NCBI GenBank assembly: GCA_002269645.1
Contig: NIVC01001499.1
Location: forward strand, 330,606-394,605
Reading direction: 5' to 3'
Source: Macrostomum lignano
Lineage: Eukaryota
Length of the DNA: 64,000 nucleotides
Positions within the stretch are counted from its first letter, which is position 1; the number at the start of each line of letters is the position of its first letter. Under the pieces are notes generated by a model. That model searched no databases, was not told where the DNA came from, and saw only the letters and a program-made list of their open reading frames with translations. Below are positions 25,726 through 38,059 of the stretch, piece after piece. A program made the translations under genes and the position numbers.

Positions 25726-26604
25726 ACAACTTGACAAAGAAATGATAAAACCGAAACTAAATCAAAAGCAAAAGATTCCTGCAGTTTTCTGCAAAAAAAC
25801 AGTTTTCTTTTATTTCAGTACAGACATGTACCATTTACAGTCAATAGAATACGCTAATGCAAAAATAATATAACGAGAGCAAAGCGATATAATATGATTG
25901 TAATAATAATAATAATAATAGATTAAAAACAATCAATCAAGACAGCTTATTATACATACATAAATATATATATATATATTCTAAATAGCAGCCTAAATAC
26001 CGTTTAGTCGTGTGTGACGCAAAAATTGAATATTAGAGTTTTCTTTCTTCCTAAGTTAAGGACGGTCAGGTTTCCTGTGTGTACAGGATTAATAATAAAT
26101 TCTTCACAATAAACTTCAAGTTCTAGCATGTAAATAGTAATAAAAAACATTACTATTATTGACAAGAATTAATTTTCGTGCAAACCATATTGAATCTTGA
26201 GTAAAATATAGAAGCTACAGAAAAAAACTAAAACGATAAAAAAACAGAAAATACAGTACTCATGTTATGTAAGATTTTTTTTGCAATTGTGATTTGTTTT
26301 CAATGATACAAAATAAAACTGTTATCATTGCAACTACTACACAGAGAAGATTACAGCAATCAAATTTATTGATTACTCGACAATGTTAAATAAGTGCAGC
26401 AGCTTCATTAAAATATCGGATCGCGTTGCTGGGTGCTATAAATAAATAATAAGAGATTTCCTAGTTCAGTTGCATAATATTTAAGCATAGCAAAAATTTT
26501 ATAGAGGACTAGATAATGGAAATTTAACCCAAGTAAGTTTAATGAATAATAAAACTATTGAGGGCACATTGAAAATAATGTGCCTATGTATATGCTCGTC
26601 AAGG

Positions 26605-27110
26605 AATGGGGTGGCTGTTATTAGAGAGTGTACAATGGGGAGTGGGGTGGCTGTTATTAGAGAGTGTACAATGGGGAGTGGGGTGGCTGTTATTAGAGAG
26701 TGTACACTGGGGAGTGGGGTGGCTGTTATTAGAGAGTTGTACACTGGGGAGTGGGGTGGCTGTTATTAGAGAGTGTACAATGGGGAGTGGGGTGGCTGTT
26801 ATTAGAGAGTGTACACTGGGGAGTGGGGTGGCTGTTATTAGAGAGTTGTACACTGGGGAGTGGGGTGGCTGTTATTAGAGTGTACACTGGGGAGTGGGGT
26901 GGCTGTTATTAGAGAGTTGTACACTGGGGAGTGGGGTGGCTGTTATTAGAGAGTACACTGGGGAGTGGGGTGGCTGTTATTAGAGAGTTGTACACTGGGG
27001 AGTGGGGTGGCTGTTATTAGAGAGTGTACACTGGGGAGTGGGGTGGCTGTTAATAGAGAGTGTACACTGGGGAGTGGGGTGGCTGTAATCAGCGAGTGTA
27101 CATTGGGGAC
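26605..27110. repeat. G-rich minisatellite, ~36-bp unit GGGGAGTGGGGTGGCTGTTATTAGAGAGTGTACACT
   Basis: Direct periodicity. Confidence 0.95.
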
Positions 27111-28399
27111 TGGTGACTGCCATCAGAGTGTACATTGGGTAGTGTCACTGAATGGTTAAAATACACTAATATAGGCCCTACTATGGTTTTGATAACAATT
27201 GAATATTTTGTGCAGAATTACGAACTACATTATTGATTTTGCGATAAAATTCCTGTGATACCACCTAATTATAGTTAGGCGGATAGTAATATCTGACAAA
27301 TTAATATAAAAAAGCATCATGACATAAATCATTACTCTACTGTGATCACAGTTAAGGAGAAATCACGTTTACTGCAATTAGAAATATATTGCTATAGGCG
27401 AAGACGTGTCGCATGAGAACCGTGAACTCTTGACAGCAATTTAATACAAGTAAAAAAGGAGTTACACATAAGACGCGAAAAGTCAATAAGAATTAGTCAA
27501 GCATATCAATTTCTTTTGTAAATAAATTACGTACATCATAGCAAATACAAGACAGAAAAAGCAAGATCTTATTACTAAGGCAAAATTTTGCAAGTGAATT
27601 ACATTTTTTACGAATAAATAGAAAATGGGGAGAAAAACTCATATTAACACGAACTAAAGGCAAAATAGTAAATATAGCAAATACATGTAAATTTATAGAT
27701 ACAGATAGCTAATATAAATAAATATTACTTAGCAAGCTTATCTAAACATGGCTTAGTTACAAACAATTTGTTAATATTCTGCCAAAAAAAGTATATTTTT
27801 TATAATAATCATATTTAATATCTTGATATAGGATTCGAATGATAAATGCGCGACCTCTAAATAAACCTAAATAAATCAAATTTACTGTAATTTGAATATA
27901 TGATTTGTTTTACTCATAATATTGATATAAGTAGCTAAATTTGTTTTCAATAATAACAACTGCCGCAAAACTATCAAAGTAAAGTGAAACTTGATTACAA
28001 AACATAAAACGAGAATTTTTTATGAGCCTTAGTTTCTGTCGCTAAATCAATAAGCAAAAACGTGGGACTGAGAAGTCAATAAGCATTTATTATTGACACA
28101 TGTAAAAACACGGTCACATTACATGAGAGACGATTATAAACACATTTTTGTCTTGCGCTGGTGCTTAGATTAGAAAAAACTGGATTTAGATAAACACATA
28201 AGGTTGTTTATAGATTCTACAGAAATGTTTATTAAATCGAAAAAGGTGTTTATAAATTCTAAAAGGGTGTTTATGGATTCCAAAGAGGTTTATATAACCT
28301 AAAAGGGTGTTTATGAATAATAATAACAATTGACTAAATCTGCCGGCTGCGTACGGCTGTTCAGTCCAAGGACTGGGGGGGGGGGGTCGCCACACACAG

Positions 28400-28515
28400 C
28401 CTTAATAACCCCAGCTAATGCTGGCACCCATTTTACAGCTGGGTGAAGTCCTGTTCAAGGACACATTTTTTTCGAGTGGTATTGGGAATCGAATCCCCGA
28501 CCTTCACAAGCTACA
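28400..28515 (-). mobile_element. tRNA-derived SINE fragment with CORE-like segment
   Basis: Minus strand reads box-B-like GGATTCGATTCCC, then TGTGTCCTTGAACAGG...CAGCTGTAAAATGGG, resembling the MIR/CORE motif TGTGACCTTGGGCAAG...CATCTGTAAAATGGG. Confidence 0.55.
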
Positions 28516-28759
28516 ATTCTTAAAAATGGTGTTTATGGATTCTAAAAAGGTTGTTTATTGATTATAAAAGGGTGTTATAACGATAACAATAGATTTTTAA
28601 AAAACGAATGTTTATAATAAATTCTCTAAATGGGTGCGCAATCTGGGGTTAAAATCAATAAATACATATTATAATATAATAGTTGCTAAAGGTAAGGCCA
28701 ACCCAGACATCAAAACTATTTAATAGATGTTTATACAGATTTCGGTGTGAGGTACAAAC

Positions 28760-29254
28760 TCAATGAGAGCCAGCACTGCCAAAGCTCAGCGCATGCAATC
28801 TCTGAGTGGCCTCTTCAACGCTCATATCGACTGTACTAGCGGCCGGAGCCAAGCCCAGACAGGCGCCCCAGAAGGGTCGCTGTACTCGAACAACTTGATG
28901 AATCAATTCAACAGCGTCAGCATTCGGTCGCCGCAGTCGTTCAGCGTCTGACAGCTGCGGCACAGGTTCGCCTAGCAGTACGCGAAGGCAGGCTTCAACG
29001 CAAGCTGGCAAAGTGGCAAGATCGTAGCCGCCTTCCAGCGCCAGAGCCACCCGGCCGCCTGGGGTGGCGTGCAAGAGTTGCCAGGTTAACTGGGCGAAGC
29101 CTTCAGGCGACAGGCAGTAGCCGCCTAGGTTGGATGGGTGGCCTCTAGCCGCGTCGAAACCCGCCGATACGAGTAAAATATTGGGCGCGTATTGCGCTAC
29201 TACTGGCAGTACGATTGCGCGAAATGCTGCCAGGTATTCAGCGTCGCCCATGAC
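28760..29254 (-). CDS. HDAC4: Class IIa histone deacetylase, exon 5 (terminal; SAGFDAARGH, LEGGYDL)
   Basis: Acceptor TTTGTCAG|GTC at 29255; canonical C-terminal HDAC motifs. Confidence 0.93.
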   Translation of the reverse strand, partial: VMGDAEYLAAFRAIVLPVVAQYAPNILLVSAGFDAARGHPSNLGGYCLSPEGFAQLTWQLLHATPGGRVALALEGGYDLATLPACVEACLRVLLGEPVPQLSDAERLRRPNADAVELIHQVVRVQRPFWGACLGLAPAASTVDMSVEEATQRLHALSFGSAGSH

Positions 29255-29314
29255 CTGACAAATGCGTTAGGGGGGGGGGGGGTTATGGACTTTTTAAAAA
29301 CTTGCTGAAAATTT

Positions 29315-30245
29315 TCAGGCGTGTTTCAGTAAGCTGAAGCTAACCTACTTCATATGTGTTTCAGTAAGCTGAAGCTAACCTACTTCATATGTGTTTCAGT
29401 AAGCTGAAGCTAACCTACTTCAGGTGTGTTTCTGTAAACTGAAGCTAACCTACTTCAGGTGTGTTTCAGTAAGCTGAAGCTAACCTACTTCATATGTGTT
29501 TCAGTAAGCTGAAGCTAACCTACTTCATATGTGTTTCAGTAAGCTGAAGCTAACCTACTTCAGGTGTGTTTCAGTAAACTGAAGCTAACCTACTTCAGGT
29601 GTGTTTCAGTAAGCTGAAGCTAACCTACTTCATGTGTTTCAGTAAGCTGAAGACTGAAATAAACCTACTTCATGTGTTTCAGTAAGCTGAAGACTGAAGT
29701 AAAGCTACTTCAGGTGTGTTTCAGTAAGCTGAAGCCTGAAGTAAAGCCACTTCAGGTGTGTTTCAGTAAGTTGAAGCTAGCCTACTAAAGGCGTGTTTCA
29801 GTAAGCTGAAGCTAACCTACCTTATGTGTGTTTCAGTAAGCTGAAGCCTGAAGTAAACCCACTTCAGGTGTGTTTCAGTAAGCTGAAGCTAACTTACTTC
29901 AGGTTTGTTTAAGTAAGCTGAGGCCTGAAGTAAAGCTACTTCAGGTGTGTTTCAGTAAGCTGAAGCTAACCTACTTCAGGTGTGTTTCAGTAAGCTGAAG
30001 CTAACCTACTTCATGTGTTTCAGTAAGCTGAAGCCTGAAGTAAAGCTACTTCAGGTATGTTTCAGTAAGCTGAAGCCTGAAGTAAAGCTACTTCAGTTGG
30101 GTTTCAGCAAGCTGAAGCCTGAGAAAAGCTACTTCAGGTGTGTTTCAGCAAGCTGAAGCCTGAAGTAAAGCTACTTCAGGTGTGTTTCAGCAAGCTGAAG
30201 CCTGAAGTAAAGCCACTTCAGGTGTGTTTCAGTAAGCTGAAGCTA
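29315..30245. repeat. Intronic minisatellite, ~35-bp unit GTGTTTCAGTAAGCTGAAGCTAACCTACTTCAGGT
   Basis: Direct periodicity; internal CTTCAG/CTGAAG inverted motif. Confidence 0.95.
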
Positions 30246-30509
30246 TAGTCTACCTACTTTATTATATCGACTATGTTTATCAACAATCCGCAATAAACAC
30301 TAAAGTAAAAAGTACACACACGCGTATCAAGATTAAAGACAGGCACATCCGGGATCTCCTCTATTAAGCTACCTGTCAGACACAAAATATCATATATCAT
30401 ACTTTATTATCTACATATCCATCCACCACAGCTCGACAGATCACTTACATCACTTACTGCAGATCATGTGTGGTAAACAATATTATTTTTGAGACTATTG
30501 CTTGCTTAC

Positions 30510-30776
30510 CTGTCCAGACCAAGGTATGTTAATATTAGTACCAAGTCCAGCCCCAGTGCCGATTTCATCTAGCGCTCCGGAACCGGGAAAAAATGCTCCG
30601 CCATCGTAACGATGCAGCGAGATGTACAGCACGCTCGGATCGGAATAGAATGTCGACTGAGTCCCGTTGCCATGGTGAACGTCCCAGTCGACTATGCAAA
30701 CTCGGGCCGCTTGGCCGGACCGAACTAAACTGCGAGCGGCTATGGCAACGGAATTGAAGTAGCAGAACCCCATGGC
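30510..30776 (-). CDS. HDAC4: Class IIa HDAC exon 4 ([27 protein letters not shown])
   Basis: Acceptor CTCACCAG|GCC at 30777, donor CAG|GTAAGC at 30509; Zn-binding DxH motif. Confidence 0.95.
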
Positions 30777-30829
30777 CTGGTGAGGTGGGGGTGGGGTTGA
30801 GTGTTGAATAGACTGCTGTGTTATATTGT

Positions 30830-31470
30830 TTAGGGTTGTGTTTATTCGGTAGGGTTGTGTTTATTGGGTCGGTTTAAGTTTATTGGGTTGGGTTGTGTTT
30901 ATTGGGTCGCGTTGTGTTTACTGGGTCGGGTTGTGTTTATTGGGTTGGGTTGTGTTTATTGGGTTGGGTTGTGTTTATTGGGTTGGGTTGTGTTTACTGG
31001 GTTGGGTTGTGTTTATTGGGTCGCGTTGTGTTTACTGGGTCGGGTTGTGTTTATTGGGTTGGGTTGTGTTTATTTGGTCGGGTTGTGTTCATTGGGTTGG
31101 GTTGTGTTTATTGGGTCGGACCGTCGGGTTGTGTTTATTGGATCGGGTTGTGTTTATTGGGTTGGATTGTGTTTATTGGGTCGGACCGTCGGGTTGTGTT
31201 TATTGGGTCGGATTGTGTTTATTGGGTTGGATTGTGTGTATTGGGTCGGACTGTCGGATTGTGTTTATTGGGTCGGATTGTGTTCATTGGGTTGAGTGTG
31301 TTTATTGGGTCGGGTTGTGTTTATTGGGTTGAATTCGTTTTTTGGGCCGGGTTATGCTTTTGGGCCGACTGAGTGTTAATTGGACTGATGTGTTTACTGG
31401 GTAGGGTTGTGTTTAACTAGTAGGATTGTGTTTATTGGGTCGGGTTGTGTTTATTGGGTAGGGTTGTGTT
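30830..31470. repeat. Intronic GT-rich minisatellite, ~19-bp unit GGGTTGGGTTGTGTTTATT
   Basis: Direct periodicity; ORFs 30855-31372 are repeat translations. Confidence 0.93.
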
Positions 31471-31614
31471 TAATGTGATTTAGGTCGGCAGTGTATTTAT
31501 TGTGTAGATTGTGTCTCTAATTGGTTGACTGTCAAATGTTTATGAAGTAGTAACCGTTTACTGGGTTATGTCTAATGTTTTTTAAGGTCACATCATTTAG
31601 CAAAACCTACGCAC

Positions 31615-31924
31615 CTGAGAATGCTCAGCGTGATGACCAGGCGGCCTGATCAGCGCCAGACCGTTTCTACAATCGCCCAAAGCGATTCTCTGGCACAACT
31701 CCAGCAGTACGCCAACAGCCAGCCGGCAGGCCTGAGCTGTGCCGCCTTCGATCCACACCGTGTCCGTGTCTACGCCAAACCCGCCGCATGGTAGCTGGGC
31801 GAATTTGAAATTCAATAGCAGAGTAGGATCTAATCTAGTGCGCTGGGAAGGCTGAGTGGCGTGTAGGACGCTGTACATCTCGTCGTGGCAGAGGCGCAGC
31901 TCTTCAATGGTGGCTTTGCGAGAT
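31615..31924 (-). CDS. HDAC4: Class IIa HDAC exon 3 (RKATIEEL, LPCGGFGVDTDTVW, RPPGHHAE)
   Basis: Acceptor TTTAG|A at 31925 (phase 2), donor CAG|GTGCGT at 31614; catalytic HH dyad. Confidence 0.95.
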
Positions 31925-32079
31925 CTAAATTCAAAATTAGAGGAGTGGGTGGTTAAGGCGTGAGAATAGTCCTGACGTGAGGTAGGATATGAGAAGTTGA
32001 GATGAACAATTTGTGATAAATTAACATTCTGAGGTGTGATAAGATGAGATTGCAATTTGGATGAGATCTGCAGGGTTGA

Positions 32080-32527
32080 GTTACTAAAAGTACAGACAAA
32101 TTTCTTGCACTTATTACGTTACCAAAAGTACATACGTAATTGATTGAATAATTAAATACTATAGTACAAGGATACTGATGAAACTCTAGAATTAGTAAAA
32201 GTACCAACATAATAAATGTACTAATAATAGATTACTAAAAGTACAAACCTAATTATGGCACGATTATTAAATTACAGAAAGTACAAACCGACTTATATTG
32301 CACTATTAATAAATTACTCTAAAAGTTAATCATCGCAGCAGTAAGGAATTACTAAAAGTACAAACAAAATAATGTCGTACTTGATTCCTAAAAGTTCAAA
32401 CAAAATTGTTGAACTACTAAATAACTAAAAGTACAAATCTATTTAGACCGCAATCAATAAAGAAATAACTAAAAGTACAAATCTATTTAGACCGCAATCA
32501 ATAAAGAAATAACTAAAAGTACAAACC
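32080..32527. repeat. Degenerate intronic repeat (TTACTAAAAGTACAAAC core) with a 44-bp perfect duplication next to the donor
   Basis: Recurring CTAAAAGTACAAA motif. Confidence 0.75.
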
Positions 32528-33776
32528 TAAATCGCAGACACCTGGCTGCCAGTCCGCATTCAACCAACCGTTGCCAGACCAACTCTAACCGGAACGGGTT
32601 CTCCGGGTGCAGCCCGCTCTGATTGCACATACACCTGTGCGCCAGCATGCCTTCGTCATAAGCCAGTGCCGTGCCATTAGGCGATGCAGATGCACCAGTA
32701 GCATCGCCCGAGTCTCGACTATGAACATCTTGATCCTCGGCGTCAACTGGTTCATCTTCAATAATTTTCTCTTCGCGAATTAACGAACTGGAATCCGAAA
32801 CGCTTGAAGCTGCAGCACCAGCACCAGCTGCCAGCAATGGCGGGAAGGCTCCGCTAAAAGATTCCGCTACAGTAGATTGGATAGAGGAACCAATATTGCT
32901 GCTTGAACACGAAGCTACTGACCCAGCTGCAGTAGTATTACTATTAGTAGCATCGTCTGCCGATCCTGCGCGATGCAGCACTTTATTGCGTAACTGAGCT
33001 TTCACGGCTGCAGACTTTGCTTTTAATTGCTGCTGCTGCTGCTGGTGAGGATTAGTTGCGGTTGCAGATGGTGGCGGAGGAGGCAGCAGCATCGGTAGAG
33101 GGGCGGATCGAGTCCTACTCAACTGTTTATCCTGAGCTGCCCGACGCCGGGGCAGCGACTCGGCTGGCCGACACAAGCCGGAAGCGGCGGCCGCTACTAA
33201 ACCGGGAGCTCCGGTCATTGAACAGCAGATACCGCCAGACTGTCTGCTGCTTTTAGAGGCAGATGCGGTGACGGATGCGGCAGTGTTGGAGGAACCACTG
33301 GCTGACGCTGCTGCAGATGCCGCAGCAGCAGCCGCCGCTGCGACGGCAAAATAATGAGCGCCAGACAGATTAGGCAAAGAAGCGTGATGAAAACTCTGTT
33401 GCTGTTGCAACTGTTGCTGCTGTTGTTGAAGCATCATCTGCTGCTGCTGCTGCTGGTCCAGGCTGCCACCGCCGCTGCTGCTGCCGCCGCTGCTGCCACC
33501 TCGTTCGAGAAAATATCGAATTCTTCTCTTAGCCGATCGGTCTAACACGCCCGAGCCGCCTCTGTGATGATGATGGTGATGATGATGCTGCGGTGCCGGG
33601 TGATGATGCGGATGCGGATGCTGCTGGCTACGATTGTGATGATGATGATGCAGATGCTGTTGAAGCCGCAATGCGGCTGCTCGAACTTTTAAATTCGGCT
33701 CCGAGTTGGTCTTGCGCAGAGGAAAGTCGTCTTTGGACAGAGGGGAGCCCGATGGCAGGGGGAAAGTGTGCTGCGC
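32527..33776 (-). CDS. HDAC4: Class IIa HDAC exon 2 (14-3-3 sites DFPLRKTNSEPNLK, ASLPNLS, LSRTRSAPLP; poly-H/Q/A; start of catalytic domain)
   Basis: Acceptor CACCCGCAG|GCG at 33777 extends the track ORF by 35 codons in frame; donor AG|GTTTGT at 32526. Confidence 0.92.
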
Positions 33777-33869
33777 CTGCGGGTGGGTGAGGACAATTAA
33801 GGTCGAGCGTTTTTTTTACGTTGCTATAAGTGACTAACTGGACCAATTGAAGACACTGGTTTTTCTAAA

Positions 33870-34605
33870 GTCCTCTCTTGACCAATCAGAGACTGCTTAG
33901 ATATTTTTACAGTTCTCTCTCCTGACCAATCAGAGACTGCTTAGATCTTTTAACAGTTCTCTCACCTGACCAATCAGAGACTGCTTAGATCTTTTAACAG
34001 TTCTCTCTCCTGACCAATCAGAGACTGCTTAGATCTTTTAACAGTTCTCTCACCTGACCAATCAGAGACTGCTTAGATCTTTTTACAGATATCTGTCCTG
34101 ACCAATCAGACTGCTTAGATCTTTTAACAGTTCTCTCCTGACAAATCAGCAGAGACTGCTTAGATCTTTTAACAGATCTCTCTCCTGAGTCCTGACCAAT
34201 CAGAGACTGCTTAGATCTTTTAACAGTTCTCTCTCCTGACCAATCAGAGACTGCTTAGATCTTTGAACAGTTTTCTCCTGACCAATCAGCAGAGACTGCT
34301 TGGATCTTTCAACAGATCTCTCTCCTGACCAATCAGAGACTGCTTAGATCTTTTAACAGTTTTCTCCTGACCAATCAGCAGAGACTGCTTGGATCTTTCA
34401 ACAGATCTCTCTCCTGACCAATCAGAGACTGCTTAGATCTTTTAACAGTTTTCTCCTGACCAATCAGCAGAGACTGCTTGGATCTTTCAACAGATCTCTC
34501 TCCTGACCGATCAGAGACTGCTTAGGTCTTTTAACAGCTCCCTATCTCTCTCTTGACCAATCAAGGACAGGATCTTCTTACGCTTCTCTCTCCTGACCAA
34601 TCAGA
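33870..34605. repeat. Intronic minisatellite, ~44-bp unit TCCTGACCAATCAGAGACTGCTTAGATCTTTTAACAGTTCTCTC
   Basis: Direct periodicity; most units carry GACCAATCAG. Confidence 0.93.
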
Positions 34606-34647
34606 TAACAGAAACGTCAATGAAACAACTAGCCAATCAAGTCTCAC

Positions 34648-35061
34648 CTGCCATTGACTTGGAGGCGAACCGGCCGATTCAAAGCTACTCTGAGGCGATG
34701 CCCATTCTGGTGGAGAATTTGACTGTTCTCTAATTTTCTGCTTACTCAATATGACCTCCTGCAGTTTCTGGCGAACTTGCTGATGCGATATGGCCGCCGC
34801 AGACGCGGATGTACCAGAAGTGGACGCTGTTGTAGACACTGCAGCAGCTGCCGAGGAACCAACAGCAGTTGTAGCCTCATCGAAACTATTCTGCCTAGGA
34901 AGCATGGGAGGTCGGACCCTTTCAGTGCCAAAGTTAATACTAGAAAATGGATTCACAGCTTGCTGCTGCTGTTGCTGCTGCTGACAGAGGACATTGGATT
35001 GAATTGGAGCAGCCTCAGATTGGCTGGAGCTTGACCGAGAATCAGGTGGCAGAGTGTTCAT
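34648..35061 (-). CDS. HDAC4: Class IIa HDAC exon 1 (first visible coding exon; MEF2-binding motif QVRQKLQEVILSKQK)
   Basis: Acceptor TTCACTGCAG at 35064 then ATG at 35061; donor CAG|GTGAGA at 34647; joined protein ~911 aa; upstream exons possible. Confidence 0.85.
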
Positions 35062-35286
35062 TCCTGCAGTGAAAATTGCTAACAAGGTTCAATTAAAACA
35101 TACCCAAAGTTATATGAAATAGTAAATAAATATTTAAATAAGCATTACAAAATATCTGCGATGTTTTAATTTTAGTGGGTTACTTTCAAATATATGTACA
35201 TTGAATTAATTTAAGGATGTTAATATGATTGCTAATCATTAAAGTTCTTAAGCTTGGAACTAAAATGCCAAATGCGACTGTAATTT

Positions 35287-35649
35287 TTTTTTATTAGAGG
35301 CAGGGGGGTTGTGTGCACCCTGGCGCAATTTAAGCGTCATTGGCACACAACTGGCGAGAGGCATTACTGCCCATTCCGCCGACTCCCCTGAGCAGGCATA
35401 CAAGCGCGCGGATACGTACGCAGGCACACACTCACACAGGAGTGTACAGCAGCCCTAACTTTATATTATCGTTAGGCTTGTACACTTCACTGCGCCTTGG
35501 GGGGTTGGCTCTCAAGGCCGTTAATTGCACAAGCGAGCCAAGCCAAGATTCCAATCCAGCCCCAAATTAATGTGGCTGCACTTGGAATTGAGCCTGGGTT
35601 GCGGCACACCAGAGCAGCTGCGCTACCGCTGGGCTACGGCCCCCCTAAT
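35287..35649 (-). mobile_element. Full-length tRNA-derived SINE (~360 bp) with poly(A) tail and 11-bp TSD
   Basis: Head GGGGGCCGTAGCCCAGCGG (box A 35626-35636) and GGCTCAATTCC (box B-like 35584-35594); A-tail at ~35287; GACTGTAATTT repeated at 35276-35286 and 35650-35660. Confidence 0.8.
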
Positions 35650-37448
35650 GACTGTAATTTAGATGCTTATTAAAAATTTAGAATGGATCATTATAATGAC
35701 AAGGCCTAATCAATACATTTTAGCTAGCAATATGCCTAAAAAACTAAAACTGATATTTTTATCAACTAGCTCTAGTTTACATAAAACTCAAAACAACCAA
35801 TAGGAACTATTATATTTTATTAGGATATTTCTAAGCAAATTAGAAAACTTATTTAATAACCAAGACTTTATAATCCTAGCTATTTAATTTATAAAAACTA
35901 AATAACATATAGATATAGCATATAGTCATAAATCTTAAGTCTAAAAAATCTCAAAAATGTTATCATTCAACCCCTAATATGCTTGTAGCATACTGCTAAT
36001 AAGTGATAATTTAAACATTTACTATCATTTTGTATTTCTTCACTATATAATAACAAATGATAAACGAACTACCGCCATTGGATTTAATATCATTAAAAGT
36101 TAAAGGTTCTTTATAAGAAATCAATTGTTTTAAATGGAGATATAGATAGGATATAGAAAACTAGATATGGCAAAAAACATAGATTTGGAAAGATTTTGGT
36201 TAGTGGAACTTTATATTATTAAAAAACTAACATATTTACATAGAAAAAATTAGTTTTTTTTACTTATATTGAATTTTAAAATATAAGTAAAGTAATATCT
36301 TAAAAATGATTTAATTTAATATATAATATAAAAAATACTTTTTAATAGGCCTAATAATATTTTTGTTTATTTTCTATTTTTATCAAAAATATACAATTTG
36401 AGTATATCAATTTGTTATATAAATAAAAACAATTTGGATGAACCAAACTTATTTAACTTAAATAATCTATTTAATTTATAATATAATTTTTTATTTATTG
36501 ATGCAAGTTAGGTATATTTTTAAGGAAAAAAGGCTCATTATAGGCCTATAATAATATTAATTTATAAATGCTCAAAGGATAATCATTTTCTTATTATTGG
36601 TTCAATATTAAAAACCAAAAACAATTTAAAAGACTCCAAACAATATTGGGCAATTTATAGATAGGCCTAAATCATAACTGGTAGTAGTTGATCTAGTAAT
36701 ATAATGCCAATGACAATGGTTGGTCTATATATATAAGTGACATAAATATGCATAGGTATGCATATTTGCAAAAAATGCATTAGGCCCTAGGCCTCTATGA
36801 TGTTGTCAGTAAAGGTGGCCCTGACAAGGGCCATTTTAGCAAAAGAAGTACCATTTTATAATATTGCTAATTTGATGTCATTTAGATAGTCTCATACTTT
36901 ACCATCTGCTTATAGTAACATCTAAGGAATTTCAACAACATTGCATGATGCTCATAAAGCCCATGTACAATGCAATCAATAATTTCTATTTTCAAGTTGG
37001 TTTTCTCGCCAGCCAATAGGAAGGCCACATATATTTTATGCTAACCTAAAATTAAAGCTTTCCTTGTGTGCTCACCCCTAGCCCACTTGTTATCAGTCTT
37101 GTCTGGATAGGGCATCCAAGGTTAGACCCTTTTTTGTTTTCTAGCCTGCATTCTCTTTCTCCCCACCTTTGCCAAGTTTACTCTACCAATTTCAAGCCAT
37201 GCCACTACTAAGTTCCTCACCAGAGTGCTACCTCTATACCATTGTCATCATACTATCGCCACTTTATCACCATAGCCTATTAGCTATCTATCAACATTAT
37301 TGTTGTTGCCTGCCGCAGTGCCCAAAGTACCATAGTTCCGGATTTAGCACCAAATCAGGCCCAGTCCCACTCTTATATTGCTAACTGGAATCTATAATGA
37401 GTGAGCTTATAATCAAATAAATAATCGCCATCCACCATAACATAATAA

Positions 37449-37560
37449 TCCTATATACTAAAAATGAGTTGTCTGTATGTGGGTAGGTATGCGATAGATT
37501 TCAGAAAAAATGGCTCAACCGATTTTCTTCAAACCTGCACCATTTGATCAGAAATTTTCC
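37449..37560 (+). mobile_element. Helitron-like 5' terminus
   Basis: A|TCCTATATACTAAAAATGAGTTGTCTGTATGT...AAAAATGGCTCAACCGATTTTCTTCAAAC resembles 5' ends of invertebrate non-autonomous Helitrons; no clean CTRR 3' end found. Confidence 0.45.
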
Positions 37561-38059
37561 TGGGACGGTACATGCATCTTGGCTAAGAAATTGCTCAATG
37601 TTAAAGGGATTAAATATTCGAAAAACCTGCTTTTTTGCAAAGGTCAAGCAGCTCTTTCGACCTAAAATTCATTGTAAGAATGCTAGAGAAAAAACTGACT
37701 GGCTGAATTCCGATTGTGATAAAGATTGCATCACAACAAGTTGAAAACAGTGCCGAAGAAATGCACACACGACTTGATTTAAATTGCGTAACCAATATTG
37801 CTAACTCAAATTGAGACTGATACTGGCTGACTGAGAAATTGATTATGTCATAACTTTTTACTTCAATTGACTTGCTGTAAGAATTGAATTATAAGGGCCA
37901 CAATTCACGTTCTCCAATTGGAAAGATATAGCCAAGATGCAAACAGACTGGAATGCTAATGTAGCGACCTGGGTTCGAATCTTAGTAGTGCAAAAAGATT
38001 TTTTTTATCAAAACACCTTAAAAACACAACAAAACTGCTAAACATAATAGAAGCGCAAT

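Noticed and set aside
23388-28760. HDAC to TBC operon (same strand)
   Set aside because: The 5.4-kb gap holds repeats and a SINE; no evidence for polycistronic transcription from sequence alone
35571-35645. Functional tRNA genes here and at ~37925-37990
   Set aside because: No clean cloverleaf or anticodon arm; the first has a SINE body, A-tail and TSD, and the second is only a degenerate box-B-like fragment
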